This document shows, one piece after another, positions 62,952-64,000 of a stretch of DNA of 64,000 nucleotides (position 1 is its first letter; every line of letters begins with the position of its first letter). The translations under genes were made by a program, and so were the position numbers. The stretch covers positions 34,536,001 to 34,600,000 of the forward strand of contig CM119372.1 of assembly GCA_051294905.1 (NCBI GenBank), in the 5' to 3' direction. The notes under the pieces were generated by a model. That model searched no databases. It was not told the origin of the DNA and saw nothing but the letters and a program-made list of their open reading frames with translations. This DNA comes from Botryllus schlosseri. Taxonomy: Eukaryota.

Positions 62952-63977
62952 AGCTGACTGCGAGGAACGTGCTGACAGACCATGCCAAATTAAAGGAAGA
63001 TCACGATGGAACTCATGAGAGCATACATTCAAACCAAACTTGAATTCACATACGCAGTTAGTGAAACAATGACCGCCTTTGCGATTTACCTGTCATCAAA
63101 GGACCAGACAATGTGTAGCGTTGAAACGAAACAATGGTGAGATTTGTCGCTTGGTCAATACATACCAGCAAATAGCAAAGTTTGTGACAAGCAAGTCGCA
63201 TTGCGCTATTGCTATATCATTTGCATACTGAATCGATTAGGTTTGTATAAAGTCTTTAATTATATATTTGACATATACAGCGCTTCATTTTTAACTGCAG
63301 TGTATTATTTCCGAGTATCAGTCGATTGGTCTTCGTAATTCTTAAAACATTGACAGATCGAAATTTGAACAGGATTATGAATTTCTTATGTATGTGAGCA
63401 GTTATTAAATCAAATCTAGGTCCGTGCTCATCGGTCGTAAATGCGGGATGACCAGTTTTGTCCACTGGTGCGTGAACGTGGACAGGATTTGTTCAGATCA
63501 AAATCTTCAATTTCTAAATCCGGAGAGATCCCTAATGAGTTCTATCGATCCGAATCGTATCCCTAGACCGAAAACTGTCGCCTGTTCTCTCTGATCCCTG
63601 CGACCAGTCCATATAATAATAATATGGTAAATATTTAGTCTCTATATTGAATCGTATGATTGGTTACTTGGAAGATATATGACGATTGATTTATATCGGC
63701 CATTCGTTGTGTGCTTTCATTTCTCCGAAGGGATAGCAATTATCATCGTACAATATATATTGGTCAATTACAGTTATGAATAGTGTAAGTACCCTATATA
63801 TATGTATACCGTTCCTGGCGACAATGATTTTATCTGTATATTATTTGATGATCTTTGTCTGCTAGTACTGAGTTGATTATTGAACATTGTAGTCTGTATC
63901 AGTGCTTGTAAACCTTTTTGGAATGGTACGCTCGTCGATTAGTGATAGAGCTGAGTATCGCAGTGTTCTCACATTAT

Positions 63978-64000
63978 AAATAAATAATTAAAAAAATAAA
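63978..64000 (+). promoter_or_regulatory. Candidate polyadenylation signals (AATAAA) for the NLR gene
   Basis: Two AATAAA hexamers about 1 kb after the putative stop, in AT-rich context. Confidence 0.25.

Noticed and set aside
1..64000. Prokaryotic systems (operons, defence islands, phage)
   Set aside because: Low coding density, spliceosomal introns, SINEs, LINEs and MITEs indicate animal nuclear DNA.

Overview
AT-rich animal genomic DNA with spliceosomal GT-AG introns. An invertebrate chordate such as an ascidian is plausible, but that is inference only. The first ~39 kb and most introns are a dense, nested set of transposon relics. These include many non-autonomous hAT elements/MITEs with readable 8-bp TSDs, a truncated Gypsy element (RNase H/integrase plus 3' LTR), two broken R4/Dong-type RLE non-LTR retrotransposons with (TAA)n tails, tRNA-derived SINEs, L2/CR1 fragments, a decayed Tc1/mariner-like element and an Academ-like element. 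One host gene could be reconstructed by hand on the + strand (~39543-62951, up to 14 phase-compatible exons, ~1270 aa). It is an NLR-type protein: tandem 25-aa N-terminal repeats, NACHT, winged helix, a few degenerate LRRs, and a C-terminal ZU5 plus UPA-sized region with an NLRP1/CARD8-like F|SPVG motif but no visible CARD or death domain. This gene is the most interesting object in the window. The exon model, domain names and TE superfamily calls come from manual motif reading, not from searches.
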